Shown here: positions 12,501 through 26,870 of the stretch, piece by piece
Numbering within the stretch: position 1 is the first letter of the stretch
Layout of the letters: every line of letters starts with the position of its first letter
Origin: Octopus bimaculoides
Lineage: Eukaryota
Direction of reading: 5' to 3'
Assembly: GCF_001194135.2 (NCBI RefSeq)
Contig: NC_068989.1
Coordinates: forward strand, 75,811,917-75,855,820
Length of the DNA stretch: 43,904 bases
Program-made: the position numbers and the translations under genes
Notes under the pieces: generated by a model
What the model was told of the DNA's origin: nothing
The model's database searches: none
The model's input: only the letters and a program-made list of their open reading frames with translations

Positions 12501-15500
12501 CCCCACTAACGTGTTAGTCTTGTGCCAACATTTGAAACGAATTATAGTAAGGAGAAAGGTGACAATGATGATGTTACTGATGATGGTATGTATCAAAACT
12601 TATGAATACGATTTCAAGAGATTCAGTATAGTTAGACCAAATACTTTACCAGCAATCCAATTAGCAGAAAACCCTTTCATTGTGTTTTCGAAGTCACTTG
12701 TGAATTTGAGAAGCATTTTGTTGTTGTAGCTTAAATATTCAGTATTTGTAGGCATGTTTCCTGAGAGTTTAGCTAACAGAATGGAATCTGTTTCGCTATC
12801 ACCTCCAACGAATATTTCAACAACATCTGTACAATTTTCAGTAAGAAATTCGTTAAACTGTAAAAATAAATCAACAAATGATTAAGTAAATAGAAGATAA
12901 AGTAAAGAAAAATACATAATAGGAAAATAAAGCAGGTTTAGACCTTTTCTTAGTCTATTTCTGATGAATGCTTCGCTTTTGTCAATTAATTTCGAAAATA
13001 ATAAAGGATTTAGTAAAAATAACGTCACCATTATTGAACTGATGTTTAGATTATAAATTAGCATGAAATTTTGATGGATGCTTTTTATAACATCATTTTT
13101 CAACTGGGAGTTTGTATCAAAATTGTATCAGAAAATCAGAGGCGATATCAAGCGACTTAATAATCAAAGTGCTAAGAGAAACAAAAAAATATATGTCCGT
13201 AAATCAGATATAGTTTTCTCTGGCCTTATTCATTATAATCCCATTCTTCGCAATCGTTATTATTTATGATGGTTTACGATCTATTTTATTGAATTTGGGG
13301 AATAAGTACCGATGGGTTCAGACGATATCCTCATTTAGGGTATCATATCAAGGTCCTTCAATCCCTATCTATTTTACCAAGGCCTTTCAGGTTATAATTT
13401 GTTTTAAAGGTAGAATAAATTTCTTTTTCATGATTAAGAGGTAAAGTGTAATGTTTTTGGACAGAGCTCTTTATCTGAGGGTTCCTCAGCACGTTAGACA
13501 TCTTCATAATTTCAAAATTATGTATTCTAAGAGCGCTTTATCTTTTATCTTTTGCATATTTCCCTCATTACACTGCGCCCATGCTGGGGCAACGCCTTGA
13601 ATTTTTAGTCGAATGAATCGACCCCAGGACTTATTGTGTTTTTAAATTTGATACTTCTTCTATCGGCCTCTTGCCGAACTGCTAAATTACGTGGACGTAA
13701 ACGCAGCAACTCCTGTTCTCAAGCAGTAGTGGAAAACAAACACAGAAAACAAAGATGTACATACACACACACAAATATTCCCAAACATACACACACACAC
13801 ACACACACATACACAACGGGATTTCAATTTTCGTCTACTAAATCCACTCACAAGGGCTTTACTCGGTCGGAGACCATAGCAGAAGACACTTGTCCAAGGT
13901 GCTATGAAATGGGACTGAACTCGGAACCATGTGGTTGGGAAGCAAACTTCCTTTCACATAGTCACACATACATATTAAGTACGCCTTGCGTACTTGACGC
14001 ATCCCCACAAAGACCTAACATGTTTTCTCGGATTCAACTGTTTCTCTCTTCAGGTTATTGTTAAGTCTTTTAAGTTGACAGTATCTTCCCATGCACCTAA
14101 ATTCTACACCAACAACAACTTAATAAAAAAAAAAAAACAATTCTAATAATTTGCATTCCTTTTTGTCTTGTTCGGGTTCAAAACAGTTTTAATTTGGTAT
14201 TTGGTCGTTATTTGTTTTAAATGACTTTAGACAGCTGTAAGGTAGAGCTAACCTCAACTTGATATGTGTGATGTATAATATTAAAATAATCTTACCGTCA
14301 ACTTGACGAAATTGCCTACATCTGCTTCTATTCTCCACATACAGAAAGTGTCATTGTCGTAATCATTCGGGAAGTTTTTAGTCTTAATTAATCCGTTTAA
14401 TCCTGATTCATAATACTGACATTGTTGGTCTAAAATGGAAAGAAAGAAATGATTAATAATGTAAAATTCATGGTTGATACCTTTTCTGGAAGAGAAGAGG
14501 TTACAGAATCATTAAAAAAAATCTTCAAACCAACAAATCCACCATTCTGCTAATGACTCTTTCATTATCCACAAATAATGCGCCAAAAATGTCTACCCAG
14601 TCCTCATCTTTGTACAGGGCTAACGCTGATCTTTGAACATGCGCTGCAGTACGGTTTTCGTAAAGGTAGAGATACTGAAGACCTCTCGTGTGTCACTCAC
14701 TAATGGACGTATTTGAGAAATTTAGTGAAAAAATGGTTTCGGCCGTGCCCAGCAAACAAATTTTATAGCGAAATCGCCCACCTCTAGGCTCTTTTATTTC
14801 TTGTCTCTTGAATCGGCCTCTTCCTGTTGGATTGTAAGATCAGGGCATGTGCTGATGGAGTCTTTTTGTTTTTGACACACACGCTCTACCAAGTCTGGTG
14901 GTTCCTAGGAATTCAGTTTTGGCTCTCAAAGTTTTCCTTCTACACATCAATGACTCGACGTCAACTCCAGCAACACAATTTCCTACGCCATTGGTACCAA
15001 CCTTCATTCCTACTTAACTTTTCTCCTACAAGGAGTAACACATGTGACTCATAATATCTCACATCACACCTGCAATAACCTCATTAACAAACACCTTGAA
15101 AATACCTTCGAACGGCGTCACGTCAATCTTATTTTTTCAGCAATAAAGAGGTATAATTACTTCAGATATCCAGACACCATTGACTAGACCCGGAACCATG
15201 TGGTTGGGAAGCAAACTTCTTACTACACAGCCATATGTATATATATATTAGTTTAACTTTCTAGATCTTTTCACTAATTTATTCATGACATCTAGCTTCC
15301 ATTGTCCATTATCACTAGTTTTTCTTCACCTCTGGGCTTTATAATTTCGCTATATTTAACGTAAATAAATGTCTTTTACTCAATTTTGACTTGTGAGTCA
15401 CCTTTGAATTTTATTTTTATTCATCGATTCGCAACGTGCATACAACTTCATTAACATTACCGATCTTTAGATTTTAATTAATGTTATGGGCATCTTTTTA

Positions 15501-16450
15501 TATCACTACTATAACTAGGAGATCCCTAAAACTACCTCCACTTCTAGTAGCATCATACCCTCTGTAGTTCAAGACCTTCATTATCTTTTACAAACACTTT
15601 ATTATCCTTCAAACCCCTTTCCACTCTTGCCTCCTTAGAATTCTGGCCAGCACTGGTGTTCAACTAAATGATGACAGTATCTGACATCCATCTACTATTC
15701 CTCACCTATTTATCCATCTGTCTATGAATATGCACACTCCAACTACACAGAGTAGTATGTATCTGATTTGCGACATCTAACTCTCTGTCTTTCCTCCTCT
15801 ACGCTGTAGTATATAATCCAACTCAACTCCCATTCACTTTCTATTAAAAAATGGAAACTGGTAATTTTCTCTATTCCTTGCCATGGATTATCTCCTAAAA
15901 CAATATTATTTATCTGATCATGGAACTACGTAATGCAAACCTATATTACTCCTTACTTCATTTTTGACAGACTGAAGTATGCTAATATCCTCGACTGGAG
16001 ATATTTCTTCATTTTTACATCTCTCTGATGACGGTATATTCGGCTTATGGAATCCTTACCCAATATCAAGATCTACATGTTTGGCTATTCTAAAAGACAG
16101 CCGTAAGAAACTCTATATGTTTATATTCTCTCACTAAAATAAAATGTCTTTTTTGAGTGAAGCCAAATGTTTTGCTGTTTCATTTTTTATTTTAATCTAA
16201 ATCTATCCCCTCAAGAAGAAACCATTTGTAGCCGTGTCTGACACGCAGCTTCAACACCACACGTTTCAATTGCAGCTCCAACCGGAGTTTCAGTGGTAAA
16301 CCAAACTAAAATACCCATAGTACATACCTATTACATTACATCAGTTGATGAAAGCATATTTTGCATACTCTGTGTATATATTGCATATTGTATATTCTGC
16401 ACACACACACACACACACTTTTATATGCATATAAATGTATATATATGAAT

Positions 16451-16521
<71 letters not shown>

Positions 16522-16902
16522 CGTAACTAATATTAGATTTCATTGAGGAGAACTATTTACTAAGCATATAATCAACAGAAAACTAACGTAAGACTTGCTT
16601 ACATAAATTCTATGAAACAGGAATTAAAACTTGGAATTATTAGTTTATTAGTGTCAAACGTAAGCCAGGAATTGATATATGATTGGAGTGCCTACTGTGA
16701 TAGACGAAGTTAGTTACAATACTGTCTGCTCAACTTCGACAATAAGATAATGAACAAACACACGCGCGCGCGCGCACAGACACACACACACACACACACT
16801 CTATAAAATACATAGTGACATACTTGCCAGAATAAATAAATAAAATTAAAAAAATGTCATAATAAACGCTATAATATTTGAACTTGATTCTGCTTGAGTG
16901 AA

Positions 16903-16947
<45 letters not shown>

Positions 16948-18099
16948 TATGTATGTATGTATGTATGTATGTAGATGGAAACTGTATGGAAGACCCTTGT
17001 TATAATTCAATGATCCATCGTTGTTACATATTGTGTCTCGCTGGTTCTGTTTGAAATTTGTCTAATTACTGGTTACTTTAACGAGGAAGCAGTTCAGTTG
17101 ATTGAAAAAAAAACCCCTGAAAGCTTCCATCGTCGACACTTATGGAAGATCCTTCAAGCGTGTATGTATTTGAATATGCGTAAGTATTTACACATATAGG
17201 TATCCCTAGCGTATGTAAGCATGTATGCGTGTAGATCAGGTGTTGGTTTAACCCTCATAAATAAATATATAAATTGATAAATAAATAAATAAATAAATAA
17301 ATAAGGAAATATAAAGACAAGAAATATCCAGTCTGAGTATTTCACTCACCACAACTGACTTCATCTGTAAGGTCCCAGCAATTGTCAGTTCCATCACAGA
17401 GCCCTTGTTTACCTATACACCGTCCATTGTTGCATCTAAACGTATCTGTTGAAACAGAAATAGAAATATTATTACGATTGCAATCATTTCTGACTACATA
17501 CAAGCCGCAGAAGTACCTATGTGATAAGGAGTTTGCTTCCAAATCGCATGGCCCCGGGCTCAATCCCAATGCGTGGCACCTTAAATACAATTACGAGAGC
17601 CATAAACTATGAAAATGTAAATCACACCGACACACACACAGACACACATTAACAACCACAAAGTTAGCAATAATGAATACACAACATCATACACACTGAA
17701 GAAGATAAAAATATGTAAATACATATATGCAAAATATAAATATAAATATAAAAATATATACATTCATAGAAAAAAAATTACCATTTACATAATACACAAA
17801 ATTATTCAAAAAAATTCATGAAAAAATACACTGAAGAATACACACAGACAGCACAAAATACACCCACACAACTTTGCATACTTTATTGGATGGCCGTTGA
17901 CACTTCTGAGTTCTTCCGCTCTTTGACGGGTCTTCTATTTTATCCTGCAGGGTGTCCAACAGTCACCCTTCTCACCAAGTAAGCTTGGTGGGGTTGCCGG
18001 TTTAGTCACCGAGACCCGACCATGCAACAGGTTGTACTGAGTTACATGTTACCAGTAGCACATAAGAGCGACTTGACATAATACATACATACATACATA

Positions 18100-18148
<49 letters not shown>

Positions 18149-20493
18149 TTTTTTTTTACTTGTTTCAGTCATTTGACTGCGGCCNNNNNNNNNNNNNNNN
18201 NNNNNNNNNNNNNNNNNNNNNNNNNNNNNNNNNNNNNNNNNNNNNNNNNNNNNNNNNNNNNNNNNNNNNNNNNACTTATTCTTTGTAAGCCTAGTACTTA
18301 TTCTATCGGTCTCTTTTTGCCGAACCGCTAAGTTACGGGGACCTAAGCACACCAGCATCGGTTGTCAAGCGATGTTGGGGGGACAAACACAGATACACAA
18401 CATATACACACATACATATATATATATATATACATATATACGACGGGCTTCTTTCAGTTTCCGTCTACCAAATCCACTCAGAAGGCTTTGGTCGGCCCGA
18501 GGCTATAGTAGAAGACACTTGCCCAAGGTGCCACGCAGTGGGACTGAACCCGGAACCATGTGGTTCGTAAGCAAGCTACTTACCACACAGCCACTCCTAC
18601 GTCTATATATATATATATATATTTAAATTTTTACATTTAAGTGAGAGATTTGACGCTAATATCCATTATCAATGTAATTTATTCCTGTCAACATTTCTTT
18701 ATAAAGCTATATTTGACCGTCAAGTTTAAGTCAAACATATAAGTTGCCATACACGTCTTCGGGAAATAATCTTTTAGAACAAACAAACAAATAAAGAAAT
18801 CAAACAAAAAATCAAAATTTGGAGATCAATACCGTATTTCTAGATTTCTTCCATATTTAAATTTATCGTTACATGGCTATATATATGTACTTATTTTAGT
18901 CATTTGACTGTGGCCATGCTGGAACCTCACCTTTAGTCGAACGAATCGACTCCAGGACTTATTCTTTGTAAGCCGAGTACTTATTCTATCGGTCTCTTTT
19001 GTGGGTTAGAGTCGAGTGCGATGATAGCAGGGGCGTATATTCCGGGTGTGCTGCACACCCATCGAAAATATTAACCTTATTAATTTAATCACAAACCTTA
19101 ATGGAAAACTGTTTTTACACGCGGTGGAGTCGCGTGGCTTAGTGGTTAGAGTGTCAGCACCATGATCGTAAGATGGTGCTTTCGATTCCTTGGACCGGGC
19201 GACGCGTTGTGTTCTTGAGCAAAACACTTCATTTCACGTTGCTCCAGTCCACTCAGCTGGAAAAATTGAGTGACGCTGCGATGGACTGGCGTCCCGTCCA
19301 GCTGGGGGACACATACGCCATTGAAACCAGGAAACCGGGCCCATGAGCCTGGCTAGGCTTTAAAAGGGCGCAAGTGGAGGCGCAGTGGCCCAGTGGTTAG
19401 TGCAGCGGACTCGCGGTCGGAGGTTCGCGGTTTCGATTCCCAGACCGGGCGTTGTGTGTGTTTATTGAGCGAAAACACCTAAAAGCTCCACGAGGCTCCG
19501 ACAGTGGGTGGTGGTGACCCCTGTTGTACTCTTTCTCACACTCTTTCTTCTTGTTTCTTGAGTAAAAAGCTGCGATGGACTGGCGCCCTGTCCAGCTAGG
19601 GAGGAACACATACACCATGGAAACCGGGAAACCGGCCCTATGCTCCACAAGGGTCTAAGTGGATTTCCAGTTCTTACACCCATGCTTATAATTTGGTGGC
19701 ATTGGGTGTGGCAGCACACCCAATACAGCAACCACCATACCCCACGGGTTGATAGATGCGTCACATATCTCGTGAAATTTATAGGACGTATATGGCATTG
19801 TTCCATCGTTATGTTTTACAATGTTGTTGATACATGGAATCACTGATTCTAGCAAGAGTTTTGTAGCTGTGTTTATATCTTATACATCATGTCCATAAAA
19901 TATCTTTACAATGTCAACACTTGAATTGAATTGTGGAAGTTGTCAGGATAATATACGAACACTCTGTATAGTCTTAACGCACAGGCAGCTCTGACATGAT
20001 TCCTTAGAATTTTCCAGCTGCAGTTTCTTGTTTTAAGAACCTTAGGAAGCTTCAATTAAATCGACCTCAGTATTTGACAGGTAGTTTATTTTATCAGCTG
20101 CTATAAGATGTAAAACAAAGTTGATATTGGCGGTAAATGTATGGGAAAGAGATGAAACTGAATACAGCTTATATAATTCATCTGTAAAGTGATATATCTT
20201 CCTCGACCATGTATAATTCCCGATAACAATGGTAACGAGACATTAAGATAAAACTACGACAATGAAAACAGGATCTATATCATATTATATGGTTCGGACA
20301 TTTCATCGTGATGCACTGCCATGACAAATGACATTAGTCAGGCATTTTCCATGAGAATGTATGCAGACACCTTTAAGTACGAGTTTTACATAAGTCACTG
20401 ACGTATTGTTTTGCGGCATTCATGAATGGTACCGTGCGTTTGCTAAAGATGTTTCTTTATGTCAAACAAAAGCAATGGTATGACACACATTCA

Positions 20494-20556
<63 letters not shown>

Positions 20557-20560
20557 ATGA

Positions 20561-20637
<77 letters not shown>

Positions 20638-22663
20638 AATTAGTAACTTAGATTGGTTTCGGCCATTATCGGCCCAAACCATGACTAACTCAGTAGCACC
20701 ATCTGGAAAAGTCTTAGTTAATTATTTCGGGACAACATGGACCACTCAAGCAGAAAGTTGTTGATTGCGATGTATCCAGGTATAGGTGGTTTATCCGGTA
20801 TTTTCTGGAGGAATTTGCCAGGTACCGTTTGAAAGTTGTGGGGTTTTTCCTTAATTTCTTTCGGGATAACACTGAAAGGTGCAGGACCATTTGCAGTGAA
20901 GAAATTGTGTCGCAATGTTCTTATGTGATGTGATCACGACATTTGTAGGGGACGCATTGGCCGGGGAGCCTAATCTTGGGTGAATTGTAAACGTAATACC
21001 GATAACATTTGGATAATATTGGTGGAATATTTTCTACATGGTGCAAATAATGTATCGCTTACGGCGGCGTTGCAGAGAATAGAGCTTCAGCTGTTTAAGT
21101 CGAGCTCAATAATCAAGTCTCATCATGCTATTTCTTTTTGTTTGTGATTGATCTTTGTGGGGCTTCGATATATATATATATACTTTATTTAAAAGCAGCA
21201 GAAATATAACAAAAAAACTGTTACTCTGAGTTTCACGTTCCCGTTCATCGGACAGTTTTGTTAGAAAAATTTTTCTAACAAAACTGTCCGATGAACGGGA
21301 ACGTGAAACTCAGAGTAACAGTTTTTTGTTATATTTCTGCTGCTTTTAAATAAAGCATATTACTCTACCTCTGGTATTTGAGTACTCTTTTTTCCACCTT
21401 GTTGCACATTTCATGTGCTTACTCCGGTATATATATTCGTAAAACAAAGGAGACCAATACGTGTCAGAAACTAAATAGCTTGTAGTTTTTAACTAGTTAT
21501 TTACAGATATGCACATTAACCCATTACCTACCAGTGATCTCATATGAGATCACTTAAAAATTACAAATTTCGTAATTATCTGTCAATATTTACACATATC
21601 TAACCGTTTTACTATATCTACTAGGTATATTTCTCTGATATTCAAATGAAGTTTGCTAATTTTTCACCCAATATCTCGCTTATTTCTATTTAAAATGCTA
21701 TTTTGAAATGTTATTTTGAAATGTTATTTTGATCATTCCAGCGTGTTTCTAAGGCTGTTTTATGCTAGAAATCAAAGTTTCATAAAAATATTCCAGTTAA
21801 TAGAATTATGGGAGGTAATGGGTTAAGTATGCCAAGAAATAAATCAAAACGTGAAACAATGACTACAACAAAAGAGTATACAAATTAAGACAAAAATATG
21901 GAAAATAGTTGGAATTAACAACAAACCTTTTGAACAGGCTGTCATTTCACAGACGAAGACCTTAGCTAGGTCGCATTTAGTAAACGACCACTTGTAGTTT
22001 TGCCCGCTTTGGCTAACGGCACTACATTTTCCTTTATCCACATTTGGTTGGTAGTTGTTCCAGAAACCAGTCTGGGTATTGCTAGGAGAGTCCTTTCCCC
22101 AATACGCCGTTTCATTTGAGTGGATGACGCCTAAACGATTGAATCCTGAAATATAAATATGATTTGTTGTTTTATATAACGAAAGTTAATGCTATACTCA
22201 TCCATCCATCCATCCGTCCATCCGTCCATCCATCCATCCATCCATCCATCCATACATACATACAAACATACATGCAATACATGCATACGTAAGGATATGT
22301 AACACACTACCTAGATACCAATCTTGAGGAATTAGGCTTCTCAAAACCAGAAAGGAGAAAGATAATTCGAAGACTACAGATCCAAGCAATCACTGGAACT
22401 GTAAAAATCTGTAAAACTTTCCAGAAGTTTATCATTTAAATATATATGAGCATGTCTAGATATGCAACTATATGCACGAGAATACATATATAAAGCAAAA
22501 CATACAAATCTGCACACATACATACTTACATAGAAACAAAAATTCCCTGTTGTTGATGTTGAAATTCCAACGAAGGAACCTTGGATCTAGGTTAGAAACT
22601 GGTTCTTTCTCTATCGGCAAGAAATATTGAAATAAAACAGAACAATGACGTACAAGCACACAT

Positions 22664-22744
<81 letters not shown>

Positions 22745-23512
22745 CATGTGTATACGCACATACATACACAAACACACACACATCCTACACACACAGGCTA
22801 CAAACAACACAGTAAGCAAATACAGAGAAGTGTATAATCCGATGCAGTTGAAATCGAACAAATCTAATTAGTAGTGATAATTTCATTAGGAGTAATAATT
22901 TTATGGATATCAACTGGTAAAATATATTCGTCATGCCTCCTGACTTTATATTATATTATATTCCACATAATACATACATACATACATACATACATACATA
23001 CATACATACATACATACATACATACATACATGATGATGGCCGTCCATTCGTGACCGAGGAAGACCATTGCCGACCTTCAGGAACATTGTGCGCTCTAGGA
23101 CTAACTTATATTTTGCATTTGCGGCTCCGTTGGTGGCTAATGAGCCCTGCTCTTGACAAGCATACACGACTGCAAACATTGCAGACCAAGCTTTCCCCAT
23201 TCACTATACAAGCCGTGGGCTTTCGCGCAGCTCGCTTAAGTTATTCATGCTGGATACGTACTCTCTCAAAAGTGTCGATCCCTCCTTAACGTGCTTCCTC
23301 CATCTGTGGCAATGACAGGTATTGTTCTACATACATACATACATACATACATTTCATATCTTATCTATAATAACTATTACTTAAACATTTTCTCGCACCG
23401 TCTCTGATGAAGGGATATATAAAGTATCCCGGAAACAGCTGTAAGACCTTATCTTTATAAATGTTCTGGAAACTATTCACAGCCTTGAATTTTTTATCTC
23501 ATTCTGTTAATT

Positions 23513-23576
<64 letters not shown>

Positions 23577-23733
23577 CATATGAGTGGCTGTGTGGTAAGT
23601 AGCTTGTTTACCAACCACATGGCTCTGGGTTCAGGCACTTTGGGCAAGTGTCTTCTACTATAGCCTCGGGCCTACCAAAGCCTTGTGAATGGATTTGGTA
23701 GATAGAAACTGAAAGAAGCCCGTCGTATATATG

Positions 23734-23768
<35 letters not shown>

Positions 23769-24060
23769 ATGNNNNNNNNNNNNNNNNNNNNNNNNNNNNN
23801 NNNNNNNNNNNNNNNNNNNNNNNNNNNNNNNNNNNNNNNNNNNNNNNNNNNNNNNNNNNNNNNNNNNNNNNNNNNNNNNNNNNNNNNNNNNNNNNNNNNN
23901 NNNNNNNNNNNNNNNNNNNNNNNNNNNNNNNNNNNNNNNNNNNNNNNNNNNNNNNNNNNNNNATACACACGTATGTATGTGCGTCTATGTATACATGTAT
24001 ATAAATATATGTATGTGTATGTATGCATTATTTAGGCATGCATGTATGTATGTATGTATA

Positions 24061-24091
<31 letters not shown>

Positions 24092-26171
24092 TATGCACCT
24101 TCACTATTTTTTCGATGAGATCCTTCAAAATTCTGCATTTAATAGTTTTAACTTTTATTCGTTTAAGTCATTAAATTACGGCTATGCTGGAGCAACAATA
24201 ATTTTAGTCGATCGAATTGACTCCAGAACTTCAAGCTTTGTGCATATCTATCGATCTTTTTTGCCGATTGTCAAGGGGTGGGCGTGGGGGTGATAAATAC
24301 AGACACGAACACACACACACACACACACATACACGAAGGGCCTTTTTCAGTTTTCGTGTCCCAAACACACCAACAAAGTTTTGTCGTCCTGGGATTATAG
24401 TAGAAGATACTGGATCAAGATGTCACGCAGTGGGACTGGACCGGAAACCATGTAGTTAGGAAGCACTCTTCTTACCACACAGCCACGTCTGCGCCTAGTT
24501 GTTTAATGTTGATATTGTATTAGAAAACAAGCTCTGCCTACAGAAGACGTCTATTAAACCTAGAATGTCCAGTTTTAGTGCGTATTGCTCGTAGTAATAC
24601 AGAACTTTTATTTCTACGAAACTAACCACACTTTTTCAGAGTGATGTCTTTGAGAAGGGAAAGATTGTGATAAATTCATCAATATGTGTCAATAAGGATG
24701 GCAAAAAGGAGAATCGATTGAACTGAGGAGTGTTATTGCATGTGGAATATAGTATGTAGCTTGAGTGTTTTTGAGTTCACAAATCTTAGGGGATTTGTGA
24801 AATGCTAAAATATATTGAACTGTGGATCGAACACAATTCTTAATAAAAGGATTTTGTGATATGATTTTTATGTGATTTATTTGAATTTACTTTCATTGCT
24901 CAACTAATAATTTATGAATAATAGCGTAACGTAGATAAGTCTTAAATCATATTTAACATTGTTTAGCTTCTAAATTTGGCCTATCCTATATCGTGTTTTG
25001 TATTTCTATCTAACTGCAGTTTTTGTTAATATAATAAATGCATACGCACATAGGTGGACACATACGCACAAATCATATATTCACATGAAATATACGTACA
25101 CACGACAGCAGTTTACTCAGACATACCTGGAAACAGGACGACAAAGTTGATATGTTAACAGTAAGGTGTTTGGCGCCACAAAACTAAAAATAATAGCTTT
25201 GATATTTGTAAGCATGGTTAAATAAATTCTATTTATAATTTTTAAATATGTTACAGAACATTGGTACGTACCACTTTTCGTGAGTATTATTAATAAAGCA
25301 TGAGTTGGAGGCGACAATAGAGTGACGCCGTTCATGTTTTACAGCGCTCTACCCTTTCATAGCTCGGAGTTCGAAATGCCTTTATCTATTATCTATTGCA
25401 GGCTCGGACGCGCAATGGCCCAGTGGTTAGGACCGCGGACTCGCGGTCATAGGATCGCGGTTTCGATTCCCAGACCGGGCGTGGTGAGTGCTTATTGAAC
25501 GAAAACACCTAAAGCTCCACGAGGCTCCGGCAGGGGATGGAGGCGAACCCTTGCTGTACTCTTTCACCACAACTTTTTCTCACTCTTACTTCCTGTTTCT
25601 GTTGTGCCTGTAATTCAAAGGGTCAGCCTTGTCACACCGTGTCACGCTGAATACCCCCGAGAACTACGTTAAGGGTACACGTGTCTGTGGAGTGCTCAGC
25701 CACTTGCACGTTAATTTCACGTGCAGGCTGTTCCGTTGATCGGATCAACTGGAACCCTCGACGTCGTAAGCGACGGAGTGCCAACAAAAATTGCAGGTTC
25801 ATGATCTAAGTAACTGTGATAATATCCAGTAGATGTCGTTGTAGTCAATATGCATGACGGCCAAGAAGAATGAAATTGTCTGTGTTTAGGGCACAACCCT
25901 AGAAATCAAACTTATTGTTACCTACAAATTCTCTTGTGTTGCCTTATAGTGGTTGCCGGATCAGACACTCATCGGTTTATTTGGGCTTGCTCAATACCAG
26001 TAATATGCTGGAGTTTAATTCAGTCGATAAGACTATCTTCTTCAGCACAGGAGCACAGCATAGACAGAACAGTGTTGATGGTAGAAACTTTAGAGTGTTA
26101 GGGCGTAATGCAGAGAGAAAGTGAGAGAGAGATGGAAAAGAGACAGAAGAAAGAGGGTAAGGAAGTCGCCG

Positions 26172-26202
<31 letters not shown>

Positions 26203-26389
26203 GAAGGGGAGATAGATTGATAGAAAGGGTGGGAGAGAGACGTAGATAGAGGGAGAGAGAGAGTAAGAGGGATGCATATCTCTCTTTTATAAGAAAAAGG
26301 AAGGTTAAACGACTTCTGCCGTACTTTTAACAGCGTCAACGTTTTTGGCGATGCATCAGAAATCTCTACCGAAAAATGCCAACCTAGCA

Positions 26390-26448
<59 letters not shown>

Positions 26449-26778
26449 ACACAAAGAGACACAGACACACACACATACTGATGCACACACAAATTAAATG
26501 TAGAAGGACAAAAGCAAGTGACAGTCGAAATATTAATTATAGCCTATGGTTAGAAATACAAGCGAGTAGGCAATCTTTTTGTATGTGGAAGTTAGACAAA
26601 TTATTTATATCATTTATTTTTATTTAGCAAATCAAATGATGTCCAGTAAATCCTGTTTAACTCTATTCTCTCAACCCCAGTCCTCACTGAAATCTATTCA
26701 AACATGGATTAGTAACACTGTCACGCTATATTCCCGCTATAGCGTTAATAGTTTAAACGTCAACTCTACCGGATTCCC

Positions 26779-26870
<92 letters not shown>

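Noticed and set aside
16025-16120. CTGATGA-CGG ... CCG-taa-GAAAC hammerhead-like frame
   Set aside because: Insertion before GAAA, very long loop, and no stem III or stem I pairing. At most a heavily decayed PLE end, so not supportable.
19128-19450. tRNA-like sequences
   Set aside because: They are SINE heads followed by SINE bodies. No complete cloverleaf or acceptor stem, and multiple diverged copies.
25128-25184. Exon-like segment (ttttag ... CCAG|gtatgt) between the two lectin exons
   Set aside because: In the required phase it gives W-I-V and a stop (TAA). The flanking exons already join perfectly as YWIG-FNRL.
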